64,000 nucleotides of DNA. Source: an uncultured delta proteobacterium (GTDB taxonomy: Bacteria; Myxococcota; Myxococcia; SLRQ01). Made by a program: the position numbers and the translations under genes. Location of the stretch: assembly GCA_963727485.1 (NCBI GenBank), contig CAVSGM010000002.1:1536001-1600000 (forward strand), read 5' to 3'. Shown here piece after piece: positions 22,229 to 32,487 of the stretch. The first letter of the stretch is position 1. Every line of letters begins with the position of its first letter. Below the pieces are notes generated by a model. It ran no database searches. It saw only the letters and a list, made by a program, of their open reading frames with translations, and was not told the DNA's origin.

Positions 22229-24028
22229 ATGGCCGCCTCGCCCCCCTCGCCCCTGCGCCGCCTCTGGCGCCAGGCCGCCGCCCACCGCCGGCAGGTGGCC
22301 CTGGCGACCGGCTGCTCGATCCTCAACAAGGCCTTCGACCTGGCGCCCCCGGTGCTCATCGGGATGGCGGTGGACATCGTGGTCCGCCGGCAGGGGAGCC
22401 TCCTGGCCCACCTGGGCGTCGCGGCCCCCCGGGACCAGATCCTGGTTCTGGCCGGGCTCACCTTCGTCATCTGGGCCCTGGAGAGCCTCTTCGAGTACCT
22501 CTACGCCATCCTCTGGCGAAACCTCGCCCAGACCGTGCAGCACGAGCTGCGCCTCGAGGCCTACGCCCGGGTCCAGAGCCTGGAGCTCGCCTACTTCGAG
22601 GACCGGTCCACCGGCGGGCTGATGGCGATCCTCAACGACGACGTCAACCAGCTCGAGCGCTTCCTCGACGGGGGCGCCAACGACCTGCTCCAGGTGGCCA
22701 CCACCGTGGTCCTGGTGGGCGTCGCCTTCTTCACCCTGGCCCCGAACATCGCCTGGCTGGCGTTCCTCCCGATCCCGGTGATCCTCTGGGGGTCGTTCCG
22801 GTTCCAGCGGCGCATCGCCCCGCGCTACGCCGCGGTCCGCGCCCAGGTCGGGGTCCTCTCGGCCCACCTCGCCGGGAGCCTCGGGGGCATCGCCACCATC
22901 AAGAGCTTCACCACCGAGGCCCGGGAGGTGGCGCGCCTCGCCGCCGCCTCGGACCGCTACCAGGACGTCAACCGCGACGCCATCCGCCTCTCCTCCGCCT
23001 TCAGCCCCCTCATCCGCGTGGTGATCCTGGTCGGCTTCACCGCCACCCTGGTCTACGGCGGCTTCGAGGCCCTCGCCGGGACGCTGGCCGTGGGCGCCTA
23101 CAGCGTCATGGTCTTCCTCACCCAGCGCCTGCTCTGGCCGCTGACCCGCCTGGGGCAGACCTTCGACCTCTACCAGCGGGCCATGGCCTCCACCACCCGG
23201 ATCCTCGACCTGGTGGACACCGAGCCGGCCATCGTCTCCGGGGCCTCGCGCCTGCCGGTGGACGCGGTGCGCGGCGCGGTGCGCTTCGACGACCTCTGCT
23301 TCGCCTACCACCCGGACGCGCCGGTCCTCGAGCACCTCGACCTCGAGGTCCCCGCCGGGGAGACGGTGGCGGTGGTGGGGGCCACCGGCTCCGGGAAGAC
23401 CACCCTGGTCAAGCTCCTCCTGCGCTTCTACGAGGCGTCCGGCGGGCGGATCACCGTCGACGGCCGCGACGTGCGGGACCTCGACCTCGGCGACCTCCGC
23501 CGCGCGGTGGGCCTGGTGAGCCAGGACGTGTTCCTCTTCCACGGCACCGTCCGCGAGAACATCGCCTACGCCCGCCCCGACGCCTCCGAGGCCGAGATCG
23601 TGCGGGCGGCCCGGATCGCCGAGGCCCACGCCTTCATCGAGGCGCTCCCCGACGGCTACGACACGGTGGTCGGCGAGCGGGGGCAGAAGCTCTCCGGGGG
23701 CCAGCGCCAACGGATCTCCATCGCCCGGGCGGTCCTCAAGGACCCGCCGATCCTGGTCCTCGACGAGGCCACCAGCGCCGTGGACAACGAGACCGAGGCG
23801 GCGATCCAGCGCTCGCTCGCCCGCCTCTCGGTGGGCCGGACCACCCTGGTCATCGCCCACCGCCTCTCGACCATCCGCCACGCCCACCGGATCGCGGTCC
23901 TCGCCGGCGGCCGCCTGGTGGAGTCGGGGACCCACGACGAGCTCCTCGACCGGGACGGGATCTACGCCTCGCTGTGGAAGGTGCAGACCGGCGAGGTCGT
24001 CCCCGAGGTCGAGGCGGCCGCGGGGTAG
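22229..24028 (+). CDS. ABC exporter, fused permease + ATPase (MsbA/MdlB-like)
   Basis: Six-TM domain; Walker A GATGSGKT, signature LSGGQRQR, Walker B LVLDEATS and H-loop IAHRLST. No N-terminal C39 peptidase domain. Confidence 0.95.
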   Translation: MAASPPSPLRRLWRQAAAHRRQVALATGCSILNKAFDLAPPVLIGMAVDIVVRRQGSLLAHLGVAAPRDQILVLAGLTFVIWALESLFEYLYAILWRNLAQTVQHELRLEAYARVQSLELAYFEDRSTGGLMAILNDDVNQLERFLDGGANDLLQVATTVVLVGVAFFTLAPNIAWLAFLPIPVILWGSFRFQRRIAPRYAAVRAQVGVLSAHLAGSLGGIATIKSFTTEAREVARLAAASDRYQDVNRDAIRLSSAFSPLIRVVILVGFTATLVYGGFEALAGTLAVGAYSVMVFLTQRLLWPLTRLGQTFDLYQRAMASTTRILDLVDTEPAIVSGASRLPVDAVRGAVRFDDLCFAYHPDAPVLEHLDLEVPAGETVAVVGATGSGKTTLVKLLLRFYEASGGRITVDGRDVRDLDLGDLRRAVGLVSQDVFLFHGTVRENIAYARPDASEAEIVRAARIAEAHAFIEALPDGYDTVVGERGQKLSGGQRQRISIARAVLKDPPILVLDEATSAVDNETEAAIQRSLARLSVGRTTLVIAHRLSTIRHAHRIAVLAGGRLVESGTHDELLDRDGIYASLWKVQTGEVVPEVEAAAG

Positions 24029-24131
24029 GCACGCGGCAGACGCGCCCTGACTGAGGGCGGCCGGCGGGGGGAGCCCGGGCGCCGGTCGATTCTCCATATC
24101 CGGGTTGGGATCCGGCTGATATGCTCCTAGT

Positions 24132-24773
24132 ATGAATACCTACCGATCGCTGATGACGCTGGTGTTCTTCTCATTCACCTTCTCAGCCCTGGGGTGCGGG
24201 GGAGGCTTCGATCTTCAGGGGGCGCGAGCCGGGAGCGGGTTCGATGTCAACGCCGAGGGATGGACGATCACGGGCGACGCGCAGGCCGCGCACGTCAAGC
24301 CCGACTACAACGGCACCGGCGGCAACCCCGGTGGCCTCATCAGCGCGGTCGACGACGTCACCGGGGGCACCTGGTACTTCCAGGCACCGAGCAAGTACAT
24401 GGGCGATGCCAGCTCGACCTATGGCAAGTCGCTTCGCTTCGACCTGAAGACGACGGACGTGTCGAACCCCTTCGACAACTTCGACGTCATCCTCTCCGGC
24501 GCGGGGAAGGTGCTGGTGTTCAACACCGCCAACAACGCCGCGGTGGGGAAGTGGACCTCGTACAAGGTCAAGCTCGATGAGACCGCCGGGTGGGGGGTCA
24601 TCAACGCGGTGGGCGACAGCTACCCTTCCGACTGGAGCACCCTCCCCAAGCCCTCGGCCGCCGATTTCAAGGCCGTCCTCGGAGACGTCACCCAGCTTCT
24701 CATCCGCGGCGAGTTCAACGACGGGCCCGACACCGGCTTCCTCGACAACGTCCGCTTCGGCACCCCCAACTGA
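24132..24773 (+). CDS. Lipoprotein with laminin B (domain IV)-like domain
   Basis: Lipobox ALGC; 'WYFQAPSKYMGD...YGKSLRFDL' and 'FKAVLGDVTQLLIRGEF...LDNV'. Confidence 0.75.
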   Translation: MNTYRSLMTLVFFSFTFSALGCGGGFDLQGARAGSGFDVNAEGWTITGDAQAAHVKPDYNGTGGNPGGLISAVDDVTGGTWYFQAPSKYMGDASSTYGKSLRFDLKTTDVSNPFDNFDVILSGAGKVLVFNTANNAAVGKWTSYKVKLDETAGWGVINAVGDSYPSDWSTLPKPSAADFKAVLGDVTQLLIRGEFNDGPDTGFLDNVRFGTPN

Positions 24774-24785
24774 TCCGGCTTCGGG

Positions 24786-25040
24786 TCAGTCGGTGTAGGC
24801 CACCGCGACCCAGCGCCCGTACTTCTTCTTGAAAACGGCGACGTAGCCGTGTCCGCCGAGGTCGGCGATGGCCACCCAGGCGTCCTTCAGGTCCAGCTTG
24901 CCGAGGCGGGCCGGCGGCGGGCCGTACTGCTGGACCATGGCGTCGGCCGGGAGCGTCTTCATCCCGTAGAGGGGCAGGCGGGAGAAGTCCTTGCCCTGGA
25001 AGAGCTCGGTGAGCAACTCGTCGACGGTGGGGCCGTCGCC
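24786..25040 (-). pseudogene. 3' fragment of an unknown gene abutting the IS91-like remnant
   Basis: An unrelated, codon-typical tail (DELLTELFQGKDFSRLPLYG...GRWVAVAYTD) follows the transposase C-terminus in frame and has no start of its own. Confidence 0.45.
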
Positions 25041-25756
25041 GTCAAGTCCGGTGGGCGGAGCCCGAGCGTGGGCCAGGCCTCGTCGGCGCGGCACCGTGGG
25101 CAAGCCCAGGTGATCGAGGATACGGCGGACCACCGCGGGCTCCATGATCACCGCGACGACCTCCACCCTGCCTTGGCACTCGGGGCAGGTGGTGAGGTCG
25201 TGCCCGAAGACGCGCTTCAGCAGGTCGGCCCAGGGTATCCGGCGCTGGCGGACGTCGCTGGGCGGCTCCCAAGGCTGCCCACCGCTCCGGCTCGAGGTCG
25301 ATTGCTCGGGGTTCTGGCCCTTCGGGGGGACGAAGGCGGCCAGCCGGCGCAGGAGGTCGACCGGATCGAGTAGCAGCTGGCTGCGACCATCGCGCAGCGG
25401 CTTTCGCAGGCGATAGTAGACCTCGCCCCGCGTGCCCTCCTCCAGGCGGTGCTCGGCGAAGGGAGGCCGCAGACCGTAGCGCAGGATCCGCTCGAGGCCG
25501 GCCCGGTCATTGGGGTTGAAGGCGACGAGCTGCTCTCCGATGGACCGGCCCAGCTCGGCTGCGAGAACACGCCGTCGGGGAGGAAGCTGTGGAAGTGCAA
25601 GTTGAGGTTGAGTGCGTCGCCGAAGCGCTGGATGCAGGTGATGGAGCCAGCGAGGGGCCGTGCCACCCCGTTGCGACGGGCGCGACGGCAAAGCCAGGCG
25701 AAGAGCACCCGCTGGAAGACTCCGAGGACAGGCGTGACCAGCTCGGGACGCGTCAC
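25041..25756 (-). mobile_element. Degenerate IS91-family (Y2/HUH) transposase remnant
   Basis: HUH motif 'IQRFGDALNLNLHFHSFLPDGVF', 'LERILRYGLRPPFA', 'WADLLKRVFGHD..CPECQGRVEVVAVI..VRRILDHLGLP'. Frameshifted, internally shortened and lacking the N-terminal Zn-binding domain. Confidence 0.8.
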
Positions 25757-26223
25757 CAGAAGGTCGCCAGGTGCCCGCGCACCAAGCGGTGGAAGAGACC
25801 CGAGGCCGGGGTGCGCGGTTGATGGGGGCGCTGCGAGGCCTGGAGAGACGGGGCGAGCAAGGGTCGCCGTGGGCTCGACTCGCCCTGGACGACGTCCGCG
25901 ATCCGGCGATGACGGCCCCAGGGAGCCACCGATGACGCGGCTGCGCTCACTCCGAGGGCTGGGCCGCGGGCGACCGCCACCGCGCTAGATGGTCCAGGAC
26001 GGATCCGAGTCACAGACCCCGGCCTGGTACACCGCCGCCACGATGCGCCCGGAGAGGTGGGCGGCGCGAACGCGGAAGGCGCGCTCGCCGAGGAGCAGGT
26101 GGCTCCCGAAGCCCACCAGGCCCAGGAAGACGATGCTCGCCACGGTCCCGCCCGCGGGCGCCGAGCCGGTCGGCCACTGGACCGTGTAGCGCCAGTTGCC
26201 CAGCAGGACCTTGGGATAGCCGT

Positions 26224-28530
26224 CTAGATTGCGGCGTTGACGTCGTCCTCGGTGAACTCCCACGGCAGCTCCTTGGAGGCCTTCAGCTCGTAGAACCCGC
26301 CGCAGAAGATCTTGTGGGGGCACGCCTCGCACTCCTCGTGATGGCTGCGCTGCGCCTTGAGGTACTCGAAGAGGTTCACGTCGGTGTTGTTCACGAACAC
26401 CATGTGCCGCTCGAGCTTGAGCAGGTCGCCCATCATGAACCGCTCGTAGCCGGGCATGAAGCAGAACGGGAGGTTGATGACCTGGAACTTCATCTTCCCC
26501 TCCCACCGGTCGATGACCGACATGGCCACCTTCGCCGCCGCGGCGGTGTCGGGGTTGACGAACACCGTGGCCCGGCCGAAGGGGGTGAGGAACTGGAGGT
26601 TCATCCACCGCAGCCCCAGGTCCCAGGCGAGCTCGGCCATGGCCGGCAGGTGGGCGTAGTTGCTCTTGGTGACGGTGACGTTCATCCCCAGCTCGACCCC
26701 CAGGGGCCGGTGCTTCACCGCGTGGCGGACCCCGGCGCAGGTCTGCTCGAAGGCCTCGGCGACGCCCACGTTCTGGGCGTGGGTCCTCGCGTCGTGGCCG
26801 TGGATCGAGAAGAGCAGGGTGGTCAGCCCCGAGCGCGTAAGGCTCCGGGCGAAGTCCTCGTAGACCAGGCGCCGGCCGTTGGTGGTGACGTTGATGCGCC
26901 GGTAGCCCAGGGCCCGGGCGTGGCGCACCAGGGGGATGATCTCCTCGTAGAGGGTGGGCTCGCCGCCGTCGAAGTCGACGAGATCGAGGCCCTGGGCCCG
27001 GTAGCGGGCGAGGATCTTCTTCTGGTTCTCGAAGCTCCCGTCGAGCTGGGTCCGGGTGCCCACCGCACAGAAGGTGCAGCGGTTGTTGCACCGGTAGGTG
27101 ACGTTCATGATCACCTTCCGCGGCCCGCGGCCCGCCTCCAGGCGCCGGTCGAAGGTCCACTTGAAGCGGCGGAGCTCCTCGGCGGTGAAGTCCTCGGAGG
27201 TGGTCACCGGGGTGTGCTGGAAGAGCGGCCCGAAGTCGTCGACCACCGGCAGGGGGGTCTTCGCCGCGGCGGCGGCGGTGTCGGCGAGGCGGGTGCCCGG
27301 CAGGGGCGTGGCGAACTGCACCCCGGGCCAGGCGCCGTAGGCCTCGTGGAGGTGCAGGGCCCAGTCGAGGGTGGTGTTGATCTGGGCCTTGGTCTCCCCG
27401 GGCATCCCGATGATGAAGTGGACCAGGGTGGGGATCCCGCGCGCGGCGGCGCCGGCGACCGTCTCCTCGACCCGGGCGAGGTCGAGGTTCTTGCCCACCA
27501 CCCGGTCGACCACGCCCTGGTCGCCGCTCTCGGCGGAGACCGAGAGGGTGGCCACGTGGCCGGCCATGGCGTCGAGGTGCGCCTCGGCCACCCAGTCGGC
27601 GCGCATCCCGTTGGGGAAGTCGAAGGCGAGGTCGTGGGGGGCGAGGGCGGCGAGGAGGGCCTCGAAGTGGCCCGGGTCGACGTTGACCATCTCGTCGAGG
27701 ACGTCGAGGCGGGTGGCGCCGTGCTCCCGGACCAGGGCGTCGACCGCCCGCGCCAGGTAGGCGGCGTCGTACCGGCGCTGGGTCTTCTTCTTCCCCTGGC
27801 GGCCGGGGTTCGAGGAGCAGTGGGCGCACCGGTAGGGGCAGCCCCGGCTGGAGACCATCGGCAGGGTCCGCCCGTCCACCGGGAAGGCCCAGGGCCCGCG
27901 ACCCAGGCCCGCGACCACCCGGGCGAGGAAGGCGTCCCGGGCGGGCAGATCGACCAGGTCCCAGGCGGGCAGCGGCAGGGCCGAGAGGGCGTCCACCTCG
28001 CCGCCGACCACGGTCTCGGGGACCTCGGGGCGGCCGCCGTCGAGGAGGCGCTGGAGGAGGGGCACCAGGGCCTCCTCGGCCTCGTACTTGAGGAGGGCGT
28101 CGACCTCGGGGTAGCTCGCCAGGGTCCCCTGGCCCGGCGCCTCCACGTAGTGCTGCCCGCTCTGGTAGAGGTCGGCGAGGACCACCGGCGCCTCCGGGAG
28201 GCGCGCCCGGAGACCCTCGAGGAGGGCCCCGAGGAGGGGATCGCGCCGGGGCGGGCGGTGGAACGGCGTGAGGGTGACCACCACCGCGTCGGGGGTGCCG
28301 AGGGCCCCGAGGACCTCGTCGAGGCCCGCGCCGAGGCGGACCCTGTCGCCGTCGAGGTCCTCGAGGGTGCTCCCGGGGAGGGCGAAGGCGTCGAGGAGGC
28401 GCACCTCGAGGCCCGCCTCCCGGATCACCGCCGCCGCCTGCGCCCCGGCGAGGTCGCAGTGGTAGGGGTAGTCGATGAAGTCCCGGGAGAGCCGGAGCGG
28501 CGGCTGGACGACGAGGACCCGAGGGGTCAT
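26224..28530 (-). CDS. Double radical SAM fusion: B12-binding-type (class B-like) rSAM + HxsC-like rSAM
   Basis: N-terminal 'VLVVQPP' B12-binding-like domain; 'SSRGCPYRCAHC', 'PNGMRAD', 'FIIGMPGET' and 'TPLPGT'. The second domain has 'CNNRCTFC', 'DGGEPT', 'TTNG', 'LPFC' and 'CEACPHKIFCGG'. One uninterrupted ORF. Confidence 0.9.
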   Translation of the reverse strand: MTPRVLVVQPPLRLSRDFIDYPYHCDLAGAQAAAVIREAGLEVRLLDAFALPGSTLEDLDGDRVRLGAGLDEVLGALGTPDAVVVTLTPFHRPPRRDPLLGALLEGLRARLPEAPVVLADLYQSGQHYVEAPGQGTLASYPEVDALLKYEAEEALVPLLQRLLDGGRPEVPETVVGGEVDALSALPLPAWDLVDLPARDAFLARVVAGLGRGPWAFPVDGRTLPMVSSRGCPYRCAHCSSNPGRQGKKKTQRRYDAAYLARAVDALVREHGATRLDVLDEMVNVDPGHFEALLAALAPHDLAFDFPNGMRADWVAEAHLDAMAGHVATLSVSAESGDQGVVDRVVGKNLDLARVEETVAGAAARGIPTLVHFIIGMPGETKAQINTTLDWALHLHEAYGAWPGVQFATPLPGTRLADTAAAAAKTPLPVVDDFGPLFQHTPVTTSEDFTAEELRRFKWTFDRRLEAGRGPRKVIMNVTYRCNNRCTFCAVGTRTQLDGSFENQKKILARYRAQGLDLVDFDGGEPTLYEEIIPLVRHARALGYRRINVTTNGRRLVYEDFARSLTRSGLTTLLFSIHGHDARTHAQNVGVAEAFEQTCAGVRHAVKHRPLGVELGMNVTVTKSNYAHLPAMAELAWDLGLRWMNLQFLTPFGRATVFVNPDTAAAAKVAMSVIDRWEGKMKFQVINLPFCFMPGYERFMMGDLLKLERHMVFVNNTDVNLFEYLKAQRSHHEECEACPHKIFCGGFYELKASKELPWEFTEDDVNAAI

Positions 28531-28566
28531 GACGCCCGTTGTACCATCTGCCATCCTGGCTCCGCC

Positions 28567-28866
28567 ATGAGCGACCCCACGCCCCGCGACCGTCTCGCCC
28601 GCCTCATCCGCCCTCTGCCCGTGGACGGACCGTTCCTCAAGCAGTGGCGGGTGGGCGCCGTCGAGGGCGACGCCGAGGGGCTGAAGGTGACCCTCGACCA
28701 CCCGACCTACGGCCCGGTGGCCCTCGAGATCGCCCGGGCCTCCGGCGCCCCGGCCTTCGCCCGGACCAACCACTTCGAGGTGCGCCATGGCGCCGGCGGG
28801 CTCACCGAGCGGCAGCAGGACGCGGTGCGGACCCTGGTCCGGGCGATCCTCGCAAACGGGATGTGA
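28567..28866 (+). CDS. Small hypothetical protein (99 aa)
   Basis: Divergent from the double rSAM gene, with typical GC3 codon usage. MSDPTPRDRLARLIRPLPVDG...FARTNHFEVRHG...AILANGM. Confidence 0.7.
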   Translation: MSDPTPRDRLARLIRPLPVDGPFLKQWRVGAVEGDAEGLKVTLDHPTYGPVALEIARASGAPAFARTNHFEVRHGAGGLTERQQDAVRTLVRAILANGM

Positions 28867-28892
28867 TTCCAGTTAGTTGGTTGGCTCCGGCG

Positions 28893-28908
28893 GACTAACG
28901 CATTAGTC
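28893..28908. promoter_or_regulatory. Candidate TetR operator (GACTAA-cgca-TTAGTC)
   Basis: Perfect AT-rich 6-4-6 palindrome just upstream of the hydrolase-remnant/TetR operon. Confidence 0.6.
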
Positions 28909-28941
28909 TGACACCGTGAGCAATCCCACCAGGAGGTCCCC

Positions 28942-29234
28942 ATGCAGCCCGCCACCCCGGCCACCGTCCTGCTCCGTCGCCCTCCCGCGAGGTCCACGGC
29001 GCCGGCGCCGAGACCGTCGTCTGCCTCCCGGGCATGGGCGACGTCCGCGGCGAGTACCGCCACCTGGTCCCCCGCCTGGTCGCCGCCGGCCTCCGGGTAG
29101 GGGTCGCCGACCTCCGGGGCCTCGGCCACTACCCCCACCTCGAGGACCCGGCGGCGGTCGCCCGGCTCATCGTCGAGACCACCGGCGGGACCCACGGCCA
29201 CCCGCACGGCGACGGGGCCCGGCATGTCGCCTAG
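28942..29234 (+). pseudogene. Internally deleted alpha/beta hydrolase
   Basis: AGGAGG RBS and ATG. The N-terminal motifs (VVCLPGMGDVRGEYRHL..RV..ADLRGxG) join directly to the C-terminal GHYPHLEDP motif; the nucleophile elbow is absent. Confidence 0.7.
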
Positions 29235-29841
29235 GTCCGCCGCCAAGGCCCCCCGCCGCGCGCCCCTGTCCCGGGCGGCGGTGGTCGACGCCGCCGTGGC
29301 CCTGGTCCTCGAGGAGGGCGCCTCGGCCCTCGGCATCAACCGGGTGGCCCGGGCGCTGCGGATCCGGCCGCCGTCCCTCTACGACCACGTGGCCAGCGGC
29401 GACGACCTCAAGCGCGCGGTGGTCATCGAGGGGTGGCGCCGCCTCGGCGACCGGTTCGCCGAGCTCGAGGGGGCCCCGGCCGAGGCCGACCCCAAGGCGA
29501 CCCTCGCCGCCATCGCCGAGCGCTTCCGGGACTTCGTCCTGGAGGGGCCCGCCCTCTACCAGCTCATGTCCCAGACCCCCATCGCCCAGGGCGACGCCGA
29601 GTTCGCCGGGGTGCAGGCGGCCATCCTCGGGACCTTCGCCCGGGCCCTGGCGCCCCTGGGCCTGACGGGCGACGACGTCATCCACGCCACCCGGGCCCTG
29701 CGCGCCGCCACCCACGGCTTCGTCCTCCTCGAGGCCACCGGCCAGTTCGCCCTCGCCCAGGACCCCGCCGAGAGCTACCGGCGCCTGGTGGGCTGGCTGG
29801 TCGCCGGCCTCGGCGCCGAAACCGGGGACGCCGCCTCATAG
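29224..29841 (+). CDS. TetR/AcrR family regulator (WHG-type C-terminus)
   Basis: HTH 'LGINRVARALRIRPPSLYDHV' and C-terminal 'RAATHGFVLLE'. Confidence 0.9.
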   Translation: MSPRSAAKAPRRAPLSRAAVVDAAVALVLEEGASALGINRVARALRIRPPSLYDHVASGDDLKRAVVIEGWRRLGDRFAELEGAPAEADPKATLAAIAERFRDFVLEGPALYQLMSQTPIAQGDAEFAGVQAAILGTFARALAPLGLTGDDVIHATRALRAATHGFVLLEATGQFALAQDPAESYRRLVGWLVAGLGAETGDAAS

Positions 29842-29900
29842 CCTCACCGCCCAGCGCCGTGGGCGTCCTTGGCACCCCCCGGTACCCCTCGGAACGCGTC

Positions 29901-29938
29901 ACGTTGGGAGACGTTGGGAGACGTTGGGAGACGTTGGG
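29901..29938. repeat. Intergenic 10-bp tandem repeat (ACGTTGGGAG x ~3.8)
   Basis: Directly visible. Confidence 0.9.
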
Positions 29939-30062
29939 GCGGATTGCCCCAATGGGATACGTTGTGATGCGCTCGACGGGGCGGCCGCCCGCCGCCCGCC
30001 GCCCGCCGCCCGCGCCCCCGCGCCCCGCCGGCCGCCGGCCGGGCACGCTCGGCAACCCGCGG

Positions 30063-30727
30063 CTAGGGCGAGAACACCAGCGGGTAGTTCACCGTGACGC
30101 CCTTGGGGTCCTTCGGGGGCTCGAAGCGCAGGCCCGAGAGCACCGAGAGCACGCAGCCGTCGAGGAAGCGGTTCCCCAGCCCCCCCTGGGCGACCCTCAC
30201 GGCGGTGACCCGGGCCACCGCGGGGTCGGCGCCGGGCTCGGGGGCGCCAATGTGGAAGGTGGTGACCACCCGGCCACCGGCGCTGGGGTTCAGGTCGAGC
30301 CAGGGGAGGTAGCAGGCCTTCAGCTGGGGGACCGAGGCCTTCACCGCGTCCTGGATGCCCTTGGGGCCCACCGGGAAGCGCCGGTCGGCCGCGCCCGGGG
30401 CCCTGGGACCCTTCGGCGCGGCGGCGGCGTGGGCGGCGGCGGCGGGGCGGCGGCGGCGCGGGCGGCGGCCTCGAAGGCCTTCGCCAGGGGGGCGAGCTCG
30501 GCGCGCTCCGCGGGGGTGAGCCTCGCGAGGGCGGCGCGGCCCTCGGCGACGGTGTGGGGCACGGCCGGGTCCGCGGCCTTCGCCCCGGGTGACGGGGGCG
30601 CGGCGGCCCGCGACGGGGCGGGCCGGGGCGGCGCCGGCGGGGGATGGGCCGGGGTCTCGACCACGAACCACACGGCGCCGGCGACCACCAGGGCCACGAT
30701 CCCCAGGCTGATGACGTGCTTGCGCAT
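30063..30727 (-). CDS. AgmX/PglI (TonB-C-like) domain membrane-anchored protein (frameshift ~30400)
   Basis: N-terminal TM and Pro-rich linker, then 'IQDAVKASVPQLKACY...GCVLSVLSGLRFEPP..GVTVNYPLVF'. Confidence 0.75.
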
Positions 30728-30821
30728 CCGGCGCGTCCTCCCGCGAGCCCCGGGCCGGCCCAAGCCGCGCCGACCCCAGCTCATCCGGTGTAGCCTAGGG
30801 GCACCCCGGAGGGAACCCGAC

Positions 30822-32324
30822 ATGCACCGCCGCGCCACAGGCAACGTCCTCGCCGCCGTCCTCGCTGCCGGCTTCGCCGCCGGCCTCGGCGCCTGCGGGG
30901 GCGCCGGCGCTGGGGGGAAGGACCCCTGCGTCGGGGTCGACTGCTCGGGGCACGGCCAGTGCGCGGTCATCGGCGGCGCCGAGGCGGCGTGCGTCTGCGA
31001 CGCCGGCTACGAGGCCTCGGGCCTCGCCTGCGTCGCCCCGGGCGCGGGCCCCACCGTGCCCCCGGGCGGGGCCAGCCTGGGCCTCACCGTCCCCTCGCCC
31101 TTCGTGGAGCGGCTCTCCCCCGGGGGCGGGTACCTGGACTACGTCGCCATGGCGACCACCGCCGACCCGGCGCGCTTCACCCTCGGCCACGAGAAGGTCC
31201 GGGACCTCGCCACCGGCCACGAGGTCGACCTGGGCGCCGCCACCCTCCACTGCGGCCCGGGGGGGTGCGCCATCTACGGGGAGCGCCTCACCTTCGCCGA
31301 GGCCCCGGGGGTGGGCCGGGCGCTGGTGAGCCAGGCGGGCGGCGCGGCGATCGTGGACCTCATCACCGGCGACCAGACCCCCATCCCCCTGCCGGCGAAG
31401 CAGTTCGTCATCGGCCGGATGCCCGACCTCTCGGGGGTGGTCTCGATGAAGCAGACCTACGGCGGCCACCCGGGGGCGGTGAGCTACGTGGACCTCGGCA
31501 GCGGCAAGGTCACCCAGCTCGCGGCCACCGCCAACGACCCCTCGTCCCTCGGCGACGTGGCCCTCGCGGGCGAGGGGTCCTCGGGCACCGTGGCCCTGCA
31601 CCTCTACGTGTCCGGGGGCGAGGAGCTCGACCTGTGGGCGGTCCCGGGCCTCGCCGAGACCCAGGTGGGCCCGATCCACGCCGTCCACCTGGGCCTCGCC
31701 CCGGGCCGCCTGGTCTTCGTCGACTGTGGCACCGGCTCCCGGTGCATCACCGGCGAGGTGCGCTCGGTGCCCCTCTCCGGCGCGCCGGTGGCCGATTCCG
31801 GGGGCCCCGGGGACTGGCGCGATCCCTCGCCCTCGGGGACCTTCGTCCTGGTCGGCCACGGCCAGGCGTGGTCGGTGGTCCGCCTCGACGGCACCGGGCG
31901 CCCCCAGGCCCTCCCGGACCCGGTCTCCAGCGTCCAGTGGCGCGACGACGCCAGCTTCTACTACCTGGACGGCCAGGGGGACCTGAAGCGCTACGACACC
32001 GGCACCGGCAAAGCCACGCAGGTCGCCACCGGCGTCGCCCGCTACCAGCTCCTCGACCAGGGCCTGGCGATGGTGCAGGCGCCGGCGACCACGGTCACCG
32101 CCCAGCTCCAGATGGACGACGGGACCCTGAAGGAGCCCCTCCCGCTCACCCCGCTCACGCCGGCGACCCTCCTCCGGGACGGGAAGCAGACGCCGCTGGG
32201 GACCGGGAACCTCGCCGACTGGCAGTTCGCCGGGGGCGCGGTGTTCAGGAGCCACCTCTACTTCGACGTCCTCGACGGCTTCGCCCCGGGGCCGGACAAC
32301 GGGAGCGTGGTCTTCCAGCCGTGA
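30822..32324 (+). CDS. Lipoprotein with EGF-like motif and probable beta-propeller
   Basis: Lipobox LGAC; 'CVGVDCSGHGQC...CVCDAGY...C'; repeated 'VDLxTG' blades. Confidence 0.75.
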   Translation: MHRRATGNVLAAVLAAGFAAGLGACGGAGAGGKDPCVGVDCSGHGQCAVIGGAEAACVCDAGYEASGLACVAPGAGPTVPPGGASLGLTVPSPFVERLSPGGGYLDYVAMATTADPARFTLGHEKVRDLATGHEVDLGAATLHCGPGGCAIYGERLTFAEAPGVGRALVSQAGGAAIVDLITGDQTPIPLPAKQFVIGRMPDLSGVVSMKQTYGGHPGAVSYVDLGSGKVTQLAATANDPSSLGDVALAGEGSSGTVALHLYVSGGEELDLWAVPGLAETQVGPIHAVHLGLAPGRLVFVDCGTGSRCITGEVRSVPLSGAPVADSGGPGDWRDPSPSGTFVLVGHGQAWSVVRLDGTGRPQALPDPVSSVQWRDDASFYYLDGQGDLKRYDTGTGKATQVATGVARYQLLDQGLAMVQAPATTVTAQLQMDDGTLKEPLPLTPLTPATLLRDGKQTPLGTGNLADWQFAGGAVFRSHLYFDVLDGFAPGPDNGSVVFQP

Positions 32325-32487
32325 CCGGCGCGGCGATGCGGGCCCCCGGCGGGCCCGGGCGGCCCCCGGCCCCCCGGCTCCCCGGCTCCCCGGCTCCCCG
32401 GGGCCGTTGACGACACTTTGACGCCCCCGTGGCACGCTTGGGACCCTGGACCCGTCCCCCCCCGCCGACCCCCAAGGAGGCCTCCCG

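Noticed and set aside
29901..29938. 10-bp tandem repeat as iteron or regulatory array
   Set aside because: It is short, lies between convergent genes and has no rep gene nearby. It is probably simple slippage.
32330..32405. CCCCGGCT short repeats and GC hairpin after the EGF lipoprotein
   Set aside because: This could be a terminator-like structure, but it has no U-tract and is low complexity, so it is not supportable as a distinct element.
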